Notes: generated by a model from the letters alone, not told the origin. 64,000 bases of DNA from Verrucomicrobia bacterium ADurb.Bin006 (GCA_002071485.1 MWFF01000078.1:3890-67889), one strand, 5' to 3'. Counted from the first letter of the stretch, positions 10,748 through 20,561 are shown. Numbers and translations are program-made.

Positions 10748-11425
10748 TTGTTGGGCTTCGACGACGGTTTGTGGACTTCGACGCCTCGCCAAGCGGCGCC
10801 GCTGCGCGCCAAAGCCGCAACCAAAGCCTCTTCTCACTTCCGCTACAATGCCAAGGACCTGATCCCAGAGCCGGATGCCCAGCAGCAGGCGGTCTTCGAT
10901 CAGGGGCACGGAGTGGGCGCGTTGACCAAAGAGCTCTACCCGGACGGGGTCGAGGTCGGCGAGAACATCACAGATTTGGAGGAGACCGTCCGCCTGACGC
11001 GAGAGGCGCTCCGAACCCGCAAGCCGCTGTTCGAGGCTGCGCTCGACGACCAGTTCAAGGTCATCCGGCGACCCCAACACCCCGACGTTCGGATCGGCCC
11101 CCAGTGCCGCGATCCCTACCCCTGTCCGCTCCAGGACCGGTGTTCGGGTTTTCTGCCCCTACAGAGCGTGCTCGATCTGTACCGTGGCACGAAGAAGGGC
11201 TTCGGTCTGCTCGACCTGGGTGTGACGTTGCTGAAGGACATTCCCGACGACACCAAGTTAACGACCAGTCAGGCGATTCAGAAGGCGACCGCCATCTCCG
11301 GCCGACCGCACGTCAACCATCACGCGCTCGCGGGATTCCTGAGCGGGCTGGAATACCCGCTACACTTCTTGGGTTTTGAGACCTTCGGCACGGCGACGAG
11401 CCGGAAGTTAGACGTTTCACGTTGA
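10748..11425 (+). pseudogene. Decayed remnant of a DUF2779-family (Cas4-like PD-(D/E)XK nuclease + DUF2779) gene
   Basis: TTG-initiated 225-aa ORF. It keeps family-like blocks PEPDAQQQAVFDQGHGVG, the Cys cluster IGPQCRDPYPCPLQDRC and YPLHFLGFETFGTA. The segment between FEAAL and the Cys cluster (the nuclease core) is missing. The ORF stops a few codons into the DUF2779 domain. Confidence 0.45.
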
Positions 11426-11515
11426 GCGTTTCTGCGCGTCTCGTGTTCCCCAGGCAGCATCTTGCGGAGGCCGCATCTCACGCGGAAGTCCAAGCCTTGG
11501 TTCATCGTCCCGGAA

Positions 11516-12607
11516 ATGGCATCCTACCCTTCGATGTACCGCGTGATCGCCCATCTGGATATGGACGCGTTTTTCGCCTCGATCGAGCAGCGCGATGATC
11601 CGGCCTTGCGCGGTAAGCCGGTCATCGTCGGCGCCCCGCCCACACAGCGAGGTGTCGTCTGCGCCGCCAGCTACGAGGCGCGCAAGTTCGGCGTCCGCTC
11701 CGCCATGCCCAGCGCCACCGCCGGTCGCCTCTGCCCCAAAGGCGTCTTCGTCCGCCCCAGAATGGACCGATACAAGGAGGAGTCCGGCTTCATTCTCAAG
11801 ATCATGGCCGATACGGGCGCGGTGATCGAACCGATGTCCATCGACGAGGCGTACCTCGACTTGTCCGCGCGCTGTCATGGGGAGGACGCCGACGCCTCCC
11901 TGCTCTCGTGCGTGCCCATCGCCCGCCAGTTGAAGGAGCGCATCCGGTCGGAACGCGGCTTGACGGCGACTGTCGGCATCGCCTCCAACAAGCTCCTGGC
12001 CAAGATCGCCAGCGACTTCGAGAAGCCGGACGGGCTCACCGTGGTTTCCGAACGGGACAAGGTCCAGTTCCTCCGTCCGCTGCCGGCGCGCGTCCTGTAT
12101 GGCGTGGGCCGAGTCACGGAGCAGGTGCTGCTGCGAGTTGGCATCCGGACGGTTGGCGACTTACAGGATTACAGCGGCGACCTGAGGGCGCTGGTCGGGT
12201 CATTTGGCCCGAAGCTGAAGCAGTTCGCGGTGGGTGAGGATGACCGTCCGCTGGAGCTCGGCGACGAGGTCAAAAGCATCAGTGGGGAGGAGACGTTCTT
12301 GCAGGACACCGAGGACCGGGGCGTACTCCGGGCGTGTCTGCGGGAGCAAGCGGCGGAGATCGCGGCCAAGCTCAAGCGGCGTCGCCTGGCCGCACACACG
12401 ATTCAGGTCAAGGTACGGTACGGCGACTTCACGACCCTGACTCGCCAACTCACGGTCGAGGAACCCGTCAGCGAACCCAAGGACATCTACCGACTTGCGT
12501 GTTTCCTCTTGGGGCGCCAGCGGCTCGTATCGCGTCCGCTGCGGCTGCTGGGCTTAAGCGCCAGCAACCTGCGCGAGCCGACGGCACAGCAGTTGACCTT
12601 TTGGTAG
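11516..12607 (+). CDS. dinB: DNA polymerase IV (Y-family)
   Basis: IAHLDMDAFFASIEQRDDP, SIDEAYLDLS, GIASNKLLAKIASDFEKPDG. Start taken at ATG 11516 (alternatives 11462 and 11534). Confidence 0.9.
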   Translation: MASYPSMYRVIAHLDMDAFFASIEQRDDPALRGKPVIVGAPPTQRGVVCAASYEARKFGVRSAMPSATAGRLCPKGVFVRPRMDRYKEESGFILKIMADTGAVIEPMSIDEAYLDLSARCHGEDADASLLSCVPIARQLKERIRSERGLTATVGIASNKLLAKIASDFEKPDGLTVVSERDKVQFLRPLPARVLYGVGRVTEQVLLRVGIRTVGDLQDYSGDLRALVGSFGPKLKQFAVGEDDRPLELGDEVKSISGEETFLQDTEDRGVLRACLREQAAEIAAKLKRRRLAAHTIQVKVRYGDFTTLTRQLTVEEPVSEPKDIYRLACFLLGRQRLVSRPLRLLGLSASNLREPTAQQLTFW

Positions 12608-12943
12608 GCGTGGCCGCTTCTCGAGCGGCACGCAGTTGCGTTCAACCTCATCTGCTGGAACCAGCGAGCCAAAGCCCCCCAGCCCTTCGGGGCGGGGCGG
12701 CACCGGGTCATCTGCGTCGTTCCTCGGTCGGTCGAGTATCTCAGGGGATACACTCCCTCCCTCGGGCCTTGCATCTGGCCCGGTGGCGCTCCCGCCAAAA
12801 TCGGGAGTGATTTTTGCACAGACCCTAAACGCGGCTGCAGCAGCGCAGGGAAGATCAGGCAGAGCAGCACCCCCAAATCGCGAGGGAAAATGAATAATCG
12901 CAGTGCGCGATTCGAGCGCGCGATCGAGCCGCGCCCTTCGTTT

Positions 12944-13507
12944 TCACGGACCGCCAGGCGAACGCGCGACGGTTTTTTCGAGTTCGAAATAAATGCCGTC
13001 GTACATATTCCACAGGAAATAACGCAGCGCGTTCCGGAACGGCAGCATGTTCCTGAACCGATGGCGCCAAGTCGTGCTATCGGCATAGAGCCTCACCTCG
13101 CGGAGCACGAACCGGATGCTCGAGTAAAAGTTGTAGGGGTGGTCTTCGATGAAGTAATTCAGGCTGTGCTCGGTGAAGAAGTGCTTGTGCGTTGGATCCT
13201 GCAGCGCCCAGTCTGTCTTGGCGTAAGGAACATAGATTCGCAGCCGACCCCCGGGACGCAGGACACGGTGGAATTCGGCCATCACCCGCGGGATATCATC
13301 CAGATGCTCGAGGACATTATCGAGCAGGATCTCATCCGCAACCTCCGCATCGAACGGGTACGGAACCACATCGAGATCGAAGCGACGATCCGCCCGGACG
13401 TGAGGCGAGATGTCGCAGTTCACGTAGTCCGGCAGGTATTTCCGTCCGCAACCCAGGTTGATCTTCAAGCTTGAGAGAATTCTAGGGTCGCCCAGGCCAT
13501 CCATCAA
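12944..13507 (-). CDS. Class I SAM-dependent methyltransferase
   Basis: Motif I INLGCGRKYL, then LLDNVLEHL and VLRPGGRLRIYVPY (Methyltransf_11-like layout). Confidence 0.8.
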   Translation of the reverse strand: MMDGLGDPRILSSLKINLGCGRKYLPDYVNCDISPHVRADRRFDLDVVPYPFDAEVADEILLDNVLEHLDDIPRVMAEFHRVLRPGGRLRIYVPYAKTDWALQDPTHKHFFTEHSLNYFIEDHPYNFYSSIRFVLREVRLYADSTTWRHRFRNMLPFRNALRYFLWNMYDGIYFELEKTVARSPGGP

Positions 13508-13873
13508 GGCGAATCAGATGCGCGCGGCGCGCGAGCGCACGAGCGCCAGGACATTCCAGATGACCAGTGCCCCCAGGATCAGCGCCCCGGCCACGATCCC
13601 GACCGCGAGAATACCGGCTGCAATCGACCCGCCTGAATCGCAAACGACGGGCACAACGACGGCCGCCGCGCCCAACACGATCACGTAGCGCCCTGACCCG
13701 GACCGATCGCGGATTCGCAAGCGAAGGATGCCACGCGCGCCCGCTCCGCTCAACGTTGGTGGCGATTCGACCCGCACGGTGCCGGTCCCGACGCCAAAAA
13801 TCTCCGCCGGCCAAAAAGGAGTGCGCCCCAAAATCGGTTGCCAGCGCACCGCAGGGCGGCATAGGCTCTCGCC

Positions 13874-15304
13874 ATGCGCCTTCCCGTCGTCTTCCTGCTC
13901 GTTCTGGCCTCCGGCGCCGCATGGGCCGCCGCGCCGATCGCGCTGCATCCGGCAAACCCCCACTATTTTCTCTGGCGCGGCCAGCCCACCGTTCTCATCA
14001 CATCCGGCGAGCATTACGGCGCGCTCTTGAACCGGGACTTTAATTTCCGGACGTACTTTGACACACTGGCGAAGGACGGTCTGAATAACACGCGCACTTT
14101 TAGCGGTGCTTACTGCGAGCCCCAGGGCGCATTCAACATTGCCCGCAACACTCTCGCGCCGCAGGCGGGCGCCCTGCTCTGTCCCTGGGCGCGCAGCGGC
14201 GAACCGGGCTACGCCAACGGCGGCAACAAGTTCGACCTGACGCGTTGGGACGACGCCTATTTCGCGCGGCTCGATCAGCTCCTCGAATACGCATCGAGCC
14301 GAGGCGTTGTGGTGGAACTGAACCTGTTCTGTCCGTTCTACGAAGAATCGATGTGGGCGCTCAGCCCGATGAACGCCCGCAACAATGTGAACGGCGTCGG
14401 CGCCGTCGCGCGAACCAATGTGTACACCCTCGACCGCCACGGCGGGCTCTTGGGTGTCCAGGAAGCCATGGTTCGAAGAATTGTCCAAGCGGTCCAGAAA
14501 CACGACAATCTCTACTACGAAATCTGCAACGAGCCGTACTTCGGCGGCGTGACCAAGGAATGGCAGCACCGCATCGCCGACGTCATCCAAGCGGCCGAGC
14601 GGGACCTGAAGACCCGCCACCTGATCTCGATGAACATCGCCAACGGCCAGGCCACGGTGGAACAACCACACCCCGCCGTCTCGATCTTCAACTTCCACTA
14701 CGCCTATCCGCCCGACGCCGTCGCCCTCAACTTCGGCCTCGATCGAGTCATCGGGGACAACGAAACCGGTTTCCGCGGCACGAACGACCTGCCCTATCGG
14801 GTCGAGGCCTGGAGTTTCCTCATGGCGGGCGGCGGGCTCTTCAACCACCTGGATTACTCGTTTGCGGTCGGGCACGAGGACGGAACATTCGTCTACGGAG
14901 AGAAGCAGCCGGGCGGTGGCAACCCAGTGTTTCGAAAACAGATGAAGATTCTCGGCGATTTCCTGCGCGGCTTCGACTTCATCCGCATGAAACCAGACAC
15001 AGCGGTCATCGCTGGAGGCGTGCCGGCTCGCCACCGCGCGTATGCCCTGGGCCAGCCGAACGAAGCCTGGGCGGTCTACCTCGCACGTGACACCAAAGAC
15101 AAACAGGCGCCAACCGGCCCGCAAAACGCGACGCTCGCGCTCGAACTGCCGCCCGGCGCCTATTCCGTCGAGTGGCTCGATCCGAAGACGAACAGGCGCG
15201 AGTCAAAGAGAATCGAGGTCAAGGCCGGCAGCGGCCCCGCGCGGCTGCCAACCCCGGCCTTCGAGGAGGATATCGCGCTGGCTGTTCGAAACCTGAGACC
15301 CTAA
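13874..15304 (+). CDS. Secreted TIM-barrel glycoside hydrolase (GH5-clan / GH140-like)
   Basis: Signal peptide MRLPVVFLLVLASGAAWAAAP. The acid/base-type motif YYEICNEPYFGG and a later DNETGF are consistent with clan GH-A catalytic glutamates. Confidence 0.7.
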   Translation: MRLPVVFLLVLASGAAWAAAPIALHPANPHYFLWRGQPTVLITSGEHYGALLNRDFNFRTYFDTLAKDGLNNTRTFSGAYCEPQGAFNIARNTLAPQAGALLCPWARSGEPGYANGGNKFDLTRWDDAYFARLDQLLEYASSRGVVVELNLFCPFYEESMWALSPMNARNNVNGVGAVARTNVYTLDRHGGLLGVQEAMVRRIVQAVQKHDNLYYEICNEPYFGGVTKEWQHRIADVIQAAERDLKTRHLISMNIANGQATVEQPHPAVSIFNFHYAYPPDAVALNFGLDRVIGDNETGFRGTNDLPYRVEAWSFLMAGGGLFNHLDYSFAVGHEDGTFVYGEKQPGGGNPVFRKQMKILGDFLRGFDFIRMKPDTAVIAGGVPARHRAYALGQPNEAWAVYLARDTKDKQAPTGPQNATLALELPPGAYSVEWLDPKTNRRESKRIEVKAGSGPARLPTPAFEEDIALAVRNLRP

Positions 15305-16380
15305 GGCCCGACGCGCAACGCCGCGGCCTGTGCCTTCAACGCCAATTCCGCGGCGAGGAATGTGTGGCGCTGTGTCATCGCCGTCTGAGTGCGATCGAGA
15401 CAATCGCGAATCAACTGCCCGAAGTAGGGAAACCCGACTTTACCGTGGACAGCCAGGTGATGCTCGCCCCGCTGGTCCACCAGGTAGACATGATCGCCTT
15501 CGGGATCGCGCGCGATGTCGAGGTACTTTCGCAACTCGATGTAACCGTCGGTGCCGACAATCATGGTTCGGCCGTCGCCCCACGAACCGAGACCGGCGGG
15601 CGTAAACCAATCCACGCGGAAATAGAAGGTGGCGCCCGTGTCGGCCAGCAGTGTGGCGTCGCCGAAATCCTCGAACTCGGGATGCTCCGGGCAACTGTAG
15701 TTGCCGATCTTGCTGTGGAGCACACGGGCCTCTTGCGCCGAGGCGTAGTGGAGGAATTGCTCGATTTGATGGCTGCCCAGATCAACCAGAATCCCGCCGT
15801 ATTGGGCCGGATCCCAGAACCACGGGGGGCGGTTTGGGGCGTTCAGACGATGCGGCCCCAGGCCAAGCACCTGCACCACACGGCCAATGGCCCCATCCTC
15901 GATGAGCCGTTCGGCGTACACCGCGGCCTCGACGTGAAGACGCTCGGCATAGTACACGGCGAAAATCCGCCCGGTCTCGGCACTCTTGCGCCGGGCCGCC
16001 TCGAGCGCATCGATCGACGTAAACGGCGGCTTGTCCGTGAAGTAGTCCTTGCCGTGATCCATCACCCGCACCCCCAGCGGACCCCGCGCGCAAGGAACGC
16101 ACGCGCTGCAGACAAGCTGGACCTGAGCATCATCAAGAATCTGCTGCTCGCTGCCTGCCGGCCTGACCCCCGGATACGTCCGGCAAAACTGCTCGACCTT
16201 CTTCGGGTCGGGATCGAAGACCCAAGCCAATTCGCCCCCGGCCTCGATCAAGCCGTTGCACTCGCCATAGATGTGCCCGTGGTCGAGCCCGATGGCCGCA
16301 AAACGGAACTCGCCGGGTTCGCATACAGCTTTTGCCTGCCCCTTGGGGGCATAGTTCATGCCGTCGGATTTCTGTTGCAT
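15301..16380 (-). CDS. Gfo/Idh/MocA family oxidoreductase (no signal peptide)
   Basis: Rossmann start FRFAAIGLDHGHIYG, an EKP-like DKPPFT, and a C-terminal alpha/beta domain typical of the family. Confidence 0.8.
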   Translation of the reverse strand: MQQKSDGMNYAPKGQAKAVCEPGEFRFAAIGLDHGHIYGECNGLIEAGGELAWVFDPDPKKVEQFCRTYPGVRPAGSEQQILDDAQVQLVCSACVPCARGPLGVRVMDHGKDYFTDKPPFTSIDALEAARRKSAETGRIFAVYYAERLHVEAAVYAERLIEDGAIGRVVQVLGLGPHRLNAPNRPPWFWDPAQYGGILVDLGSHQIEQFLHYASAQEARVLHSKIGNYSCPEHPEFEDFGDATLLADTGATFYFRVDWFTPAGLGSWGDGRTMIVGTDGYIELRKYLDIARDPEGDHVYLVDQRGEHHLAVHGKVGFPYFGQLIRDCLDRTQTAMTQRHTFLAAELALKAQAAALRVGP

Positions 16381-16547
16381 GGATGATCGCGGTTAGTCTT
16401 TTCACGGTCGCTATACAGAGCGTCATAAGTCCGTGACGCCGAGTCGGGCGACCCAGCCTACAGGGATTTGCAGGCCGCGTGCCCTCATGCGGCGAGACTT
16501 TTGACGTTGTGCACAGACCCTTAGCCCCGGCGGCGGTTGGAGTGAGA

Positions 16548-17705
16548 TCATCTCCCAAAATCCCGCCCAAAGGTGATGTCGTTTGTGGCGAAGTTTGCAA
16601 CGCTCTTGGTCTTTTCGTGGAACCGCCGGGCGTGTTCGAGAATGCCGGCGCGCGTGTAGAACGGGGCGTCCGCGGACAGGGGCAGAACAACCCGCCGTTC
16701 GCTGTGGCCCGACTGATAGATCGCGCTGATCAACTCGATGGCCTGGCGTCCTTGCACGCCATCGACAAGCAGCGCCTCGCGCCCCTCGATCGCCTCGAGG
16801 AAGTTGTCAATCTGCCCCTCGTGCCCCTCGTGGTCCACCACAGGCAAGGCGTCGTAGAACGCCTGGATCTCAGACGCCGTCTCCGCATTCTCATCCGGAA
16901 AACCGTTCTCTCTGGGCTGCATGGCCTTGACCTGCCACGGGACCGCGACCTTGGCGCGCGCGCCCTGAAACGCCAGTTGCTGTTCCTCGCCGTGATGGAC
17001 CAGCGAGGCCGTGATCTGCCCGACACTCCCGTTAGGATAGCCGAGGATGCTGGTCGAGAAATCCTCGGTCTCCGAGTTGGTGTGCGCCAGATTCAGCGAC
17101 ACCGATTGCACCCAACTCGGGACACCCATCATCCAGAGGAAGAGATCGATGTGATGAACGGCGTGGTTCATGGTGCAGCCGCCGCCCTCCTTCTCCCATG
17201 TCCCCCGCCACCACAGGTCGTAATAGTTGCCCCCGCGCCACCAAAAGGAATCCACCTGGCCGTGCAGGACGCTGCCGACGAGACCCGATTCGAGGACGCG
17301 CTTGAGCCTCATCATCGAAGTCTTGAAGCGATTCTGGGCCACTACGGACAAGACCCGCCCGCTCGATTTGGCGGCCTCGAGCATCGCATCGCACTCTTCG
17401 AGACAGGTAGCCATCGGTTTCTCGACCAGCACGTGCTTGCCGGCCCGCAGCAGATCGACAGTTGCCTTGGCATGCTCGAAGGGCGGCAGACAGACGGACG
17501 CAGCGTCGAAGTCCGCTCCGTCGAGCGCGGCGGTGAGATCATTGTATAGGCCCGCCGCCAGCCCGTGCTTCGCCACCTTCTCCGCGGCCTTCTCGATGTA
17601 GAGGTCCACGACCGCAACAATCCGGCAACGCTCCCTGAACTTCAGGTAGGATTGGATGTGCGAGTCGGCGATGGCGCCGGCGCCCAGAATGGCAATCTTG
17701 ATCAT
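16548..17705 (-). CDS. Gfo/Idh/MocA family oxidoreductase (no signal peptide)
   Basis: MIKIAILGAGAIADSHIQ Rossmann motif and the VLVEKPMA motif. Confidence 0.85.
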   Translation of the reverse strand: MIKIAILGAGAIADSHIQSYLKFRERCRIVAVVDLYIEKAAEKVAKHGLAAGLYNDLTAALDGADFDAASVCLPPFEHAKATVDLLRAGKHVLVEKPMATCLEECDAMLEAAKSSGRVLSVVAQNRFKTSMMRLKRVLESGLVGSVLHGQVDSFWWRGGNYYDLWWRGTWEKEGGGCTMNHAVHHIDLFLWMMGVPSWVQSVSLNLAHTNSETEDFSTSILGYPNGSVGQITASLVHHGEEQQLAFQGARAKVAVPWQVKAMQPRENGFPDENAETASEIQAFYDALPVVDHEGHEGQIDNFLEAIEGREALLVDGVQGRQAIELISAIYQSGHSERRVVLPLSADAPFYTRAGILEHARRFHEKTKSVANFATNDITFGRDFGR

Positions 17706-17855
17706 ATGAGTTCAATGGGATTGTTCTCCTGAGAAGAGACATCCCCTGGGCAGTCTTTGTCGCTGCCTTGAATGAGGATGAGGGCAAGGACCACGTTTAG
17801 GGTTCACGGGTGGCGCTGACATCCAGTGTCTCACGGCTCAAACGAAACCGCAGAC

Positions 17856-18905
17856 CTATCCGCTCCAGGACGCGCCCTCCGTGCGCGCCGCTTCGAGCAG
17901 CGCCGCCACATTCTCGCCCGGTGTGCCCGGCGACACCCCGCCTCCAGCGGACAGCAGCAGACGACGCCGCCCGCCATGGGCGGCCATGCACTCGAGCGCC
18001 TTCGATCGCACCGTGTCGGGCGTGCCCTGGGCGAGGACCTCGAGCGGCGGCACATTCCCCATCAGACAGAGATCGGGGCCGGTTAAAGCGCGCACCTTTG
18101 CCAAGGGCTGCTCATGCGTGAAATTGAAGATGTGCGCACCCAGGGCGCCAACGTGGCGATAGGACACAGGGTTGTTGGTGTCGTTGTGGAACAGCTTGAG
18201 CGCCCCCGGGAACGCGTCGAACACCTCCTTGAGATACGGGTGGGCGAACGCCAGGTAGTCCTTTTCTGAGACGAAGCCCGCGATGTCATCGAGCATCAGC
18301 ACGCCTTCCACGTCGTGCAGCGCGTCCGCTTGCGCCTGCAGCCAGTTGCGGGCCGTCGTCGCGGTGATCCGCAGCAGACGATGCGCGGCGCCGGGATCCA
18401 GACGCAACGCCAGGAGAAAGGCGCTCACGCCCACCAGGTGTGTCGCCAAAGTCAACGGGCCCCTCGCGGCAACGATCTTGATCAGGTGCCCAGCCTCCCT
18501 GACCCGCGGCTCGGCCCGGCGATAGTAATTGAGCACCAGGGGCAGCAACCCGTCAGTGAGCGGATTGGGCGGCGCCACACCCTCGATAGCATCCAGCGAA
18601 TCGCAGAGCGGGTGCGCCGCGGGCGGACGGTCCGGATAAAAACTCACCTTGCAGCCGAACGCGCTCGGTTCGGTCGCCATCCCCATCTCGACCCAGAAGC
18701 CCGGGATGAAAATCGCCTCGGGAAAACGCCGCTCGACCTCGAGATTCGCATCGAGCCACACCTCGGGCACCGTGAGAAAATCGAGCGTCGAAAGGCCCAG
18801 ATAACCCGGTATCCACGGGCTGTCGACGATCAAAGCGACCTGTGTGTGGCCGACGTCTTCGCCGCGGGCGCAACGGCGAAGCACTTCCCATTGCGCCTGG
18901 TTCAC
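17856..18905 (-). CDS. Uroporphyrinogen-decarboxylase (URO-D) family protein, non-HemE type
   Basis: TIM-barrel URO-D/MtaA-like sequence (VALIVDSPWIPGYLG ... MLDDIAGFVS ... LFHNDTN). Start trimmed to GTG 18903-18905, which overlaps the upstream stop (GTGA). Confidence 0.7.
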   Translation of the reverse strand: MNQAQWEVLRRCARGEDVGHTQVALIVDSPWIPGYLGLSTLDFLTVPEVWLDANLEVERRFPEAIFIPGFWVEMGMATEPSAFGCKVSFYPDRPPAAHPLCDSLDAIEGVAPPNPLTDGLLPLVLNYYRRAEPRVREAGHLIKIVAARGPLTLATHLVGVSAFLLALRLDPGAAHRLLRITATTARNWLQAQADALHDVEGVLMLDDIAGFVSEKDYLAFAHPYLKEVFDAFPGALKLFHNDTNNPVSYRHVGALGAHIFNFTHEQPLAKVRALTGPDLCLMGNVPPLEVLAQGTPDTVRSKALECMAAHGGRRRLLLSAGGGVSPGTPGENVAALLEAARTEGASWSG

Positions 18906-20233
18906 ATCGGCTCGGGCAACACCCACGGTTTGCGACGCTCGCGATCGAGATACTGATTCGCGTCCTTGTCGTCCGGAAAGACCTCCTTGACCGGATCCCA
19001 CTTCAACCGGCGCCCGGCCCAGCGGGCGATGTTGCCGAGGTGACACACGGTGGCCGAGCGATGGCCGGTCTCGACGTCGGCGATCGGCCTGGCGCGGCTC
19101 TTGATGCAGTCGAGCCAGTTCTTCATGTGGCTCTGGTTGCCGCCACCCGGTTGGCTGCGCAGCGCCTCGACCATCAACTCCTCGGGATTCGACTCGAACA
19201 CGCCTCGATCAATCTTCACCTCGCCCTTCTCGCCCTGGAACAGCGCGCCGCCATCAGGCCCGTTGCCCAGTTCCATGACAATGTCGCCGGCGTATCGGAA
19301 GAAGACCTTGGGCACACTGCAGACCTTGTCCCCTCGAGCCTTGGGTTCCGCCTCGGTGTACGTGGGCGGATCGAACTTCGGGCCCTCGACCCAGACCTCG
19401 ATCGGGCCGCTTTCGTCCATCCCCAGCGCCCATTGCACCTGGTCAAATCCATGCGCCCCCCATCCGGTCATCTCGCCGCCCGAGAACGGACGAAACGAGA
19501 GCCAGCCGGGATTGGCTCGCGGCAGAAACAAATCCTTGTTGTACGGCACGACCGGCGCAGGTCCGCACCACATGTCCCAATCGAGCTCGCCAGGCACCGG
19601 TTGAGCCGGCAGCCTTCCCTCCCAGGGCGTGGGATAATTGTGGGCGATGACGCGTTTGATCTTGCCAAGCTTGCCGGTCCGGATGAACTCGCACCCGATG
19701 CGGTTGCGGCTCATCGACCGCTGCTGGCTGCCGACCTGGAAAACGCGATTGTACTTCCGCGCAGCCTGAACGATCAGCCGCCCCTCGCGAATGGTGAGCG
19801 ACATCGGCTTCTCGGCGTACACATCCTTCCCCGCCTGGCAGGAGTGAATGCAGATCGGGCCGCGCCACTGTTCCGGCGTCGCCGTGATCACCGCATCCAC
19901 GTCCTTCAATTCCAGCAGACGCCGATAATCCTGAAAGGCCTGACCGCCATGTTTGGCCGTGACGGCTTGCGCGCGGCCCAGGTGGACGTCCGCCACGGCG
20001 ACCAGCCGCGCCGCCGGCAGACGCAGCATCTCCTGGAGCAGGCCCCCGGCCTGCCGGCCCATCCCGATGAAGCCGATGCCGATCCGATCGTTGGCGCCGG
20101 CCCCCGCCTCAGCGGCCAACACACCCGAACGCAACAGCAACGGAAACGTAGCCGCTCCTGAAGCAAGCATGCCGCCGCGTGCCAGAAAGCGTCGACGCGA
20201 CAATGCGGGGGAAGACCCAGAACTTGATTTCAT
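18902..20233 (-). CDS. Tat-signal Gfo/Idh/MocA oxidoreductase (periplasmic; possibly GH109-like)
   Basis: Start trimmed to ATG 20233: MKSSSGSSPALSRRRFLARGG is a twin-arginine leader. Then IGFIGMGRQ (Rossmann) and YAEKPMS. The C-terminal HRSATVCHLGNIA...LKWDP block is shared with the paralogue at 20617-21978. Confidence 0.85.
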   Translation of the reverse strand: MKSSSGSSPALSRRRFLARGGMLASGAATFPLLLRSGVLAAEAGAGANDRIGIGFIGMGRQAGGLLQEMLRLPAARLVAVADVHLGRAQAVTAKHGGQAFQDYRRLLELKDVDAVITATPEQWRGPICIHSCQAGKDVYAEKPMSLTIREGRLIVQAARKYNRVFQVGSQQRSMSRNRIGCEFIRTGKLGKIKRVIAHNYPTPWEGRLPAQPVPGELDWDMWCGPAPVVPYNKDLFLPRANPGWLSFRPFSGGEMTGWGAHGFDQVQWALGMDESGPIEVWVEGPKFDPPTYTEAEPKARGDKVCSVPKVFFRYAGDIVMELGNGPDGGALFQGEKGEVKIDRGVFESNPEELMVEALRSQPGGGNQSHMKNWLDCIKSRARPIADVETGHRSATVCHLGNIARWAGRRLKWDPVKEVFPDDKDANQYLDRERRKPWVLPEPM

Positions 20234-20298
20234 AAGAGCATTATGGCGGTGAATCGTGCCAACGAACAGCGGAAAAACCAAGAACCTGCTCGTTCGTT

Positions 20299-20503
20299 GC
20301 GGTGCATCCGACAGTTGTCGGTATTCTGTCGCCCGGTGAGGGCACCGGGCCTGCAACGGATGGAGACTCCCGCTATAGGCCGCGTGCCCTGCCTGCGCCG
20401 CAAAGCGCAGCGGTCTGTCTGCCGTGTCGGGCACGGCTTAGGCAGGCGCGGCAGGCAGGCCCGATGCGGCGCAAACTCCATTCCCACCGACAACTTACAG
20501 ATG
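20299..20503 (+). repeat. Intergenic repeat family A, copy 1 (about 205 nt, structured)
   Basis: Aligns along its whole length with 26979-27166 in the same orientation. The conserved hairpins are GCCCGGTG-AGGG-CACCGGGC (20331-20350) and GCCGTG-TCGGG-CACGGC (20421-20437). Confidence 0.7.
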
Positions 20504-20513
20504 TACCGTACTC

Positions 20514-20555
20514 GTTGAACGTTGAACGTTGAGCGCTGGGCGCTGGGCTTTGAAC
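20514..20555 (+). repeat. Heptanucleotide tandem array (6 units)
   Basis: GTTGAAC GTTGAAC GTTGAGC GCTGGGC GCTGGGC TTTGAAC, read directly from the sequence. Confidence 0.6.
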
Positions 20556-20561
20556 CTTCCC

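Noticed and set aside
10672-11379. 235-aa plus-strand ORF overlapping the DUF2779 remnant in another frame
   Set aside because: Its translation is Arg/Pro/Gly-rich with no motifs. The family-like blocks all lie in the 10748-11425 frame.
13685-15124. 536-aa minus-strand ORF covering the GH5-like gene
   Set aside because: It is antisense to an ORF with a signal peptide and catalytic NEP motif, and its own translation has no domain signal. Only its extreme C-terminal tail (13514-13684), outside the GH5-like gene, was kept as a low-confidence finding.
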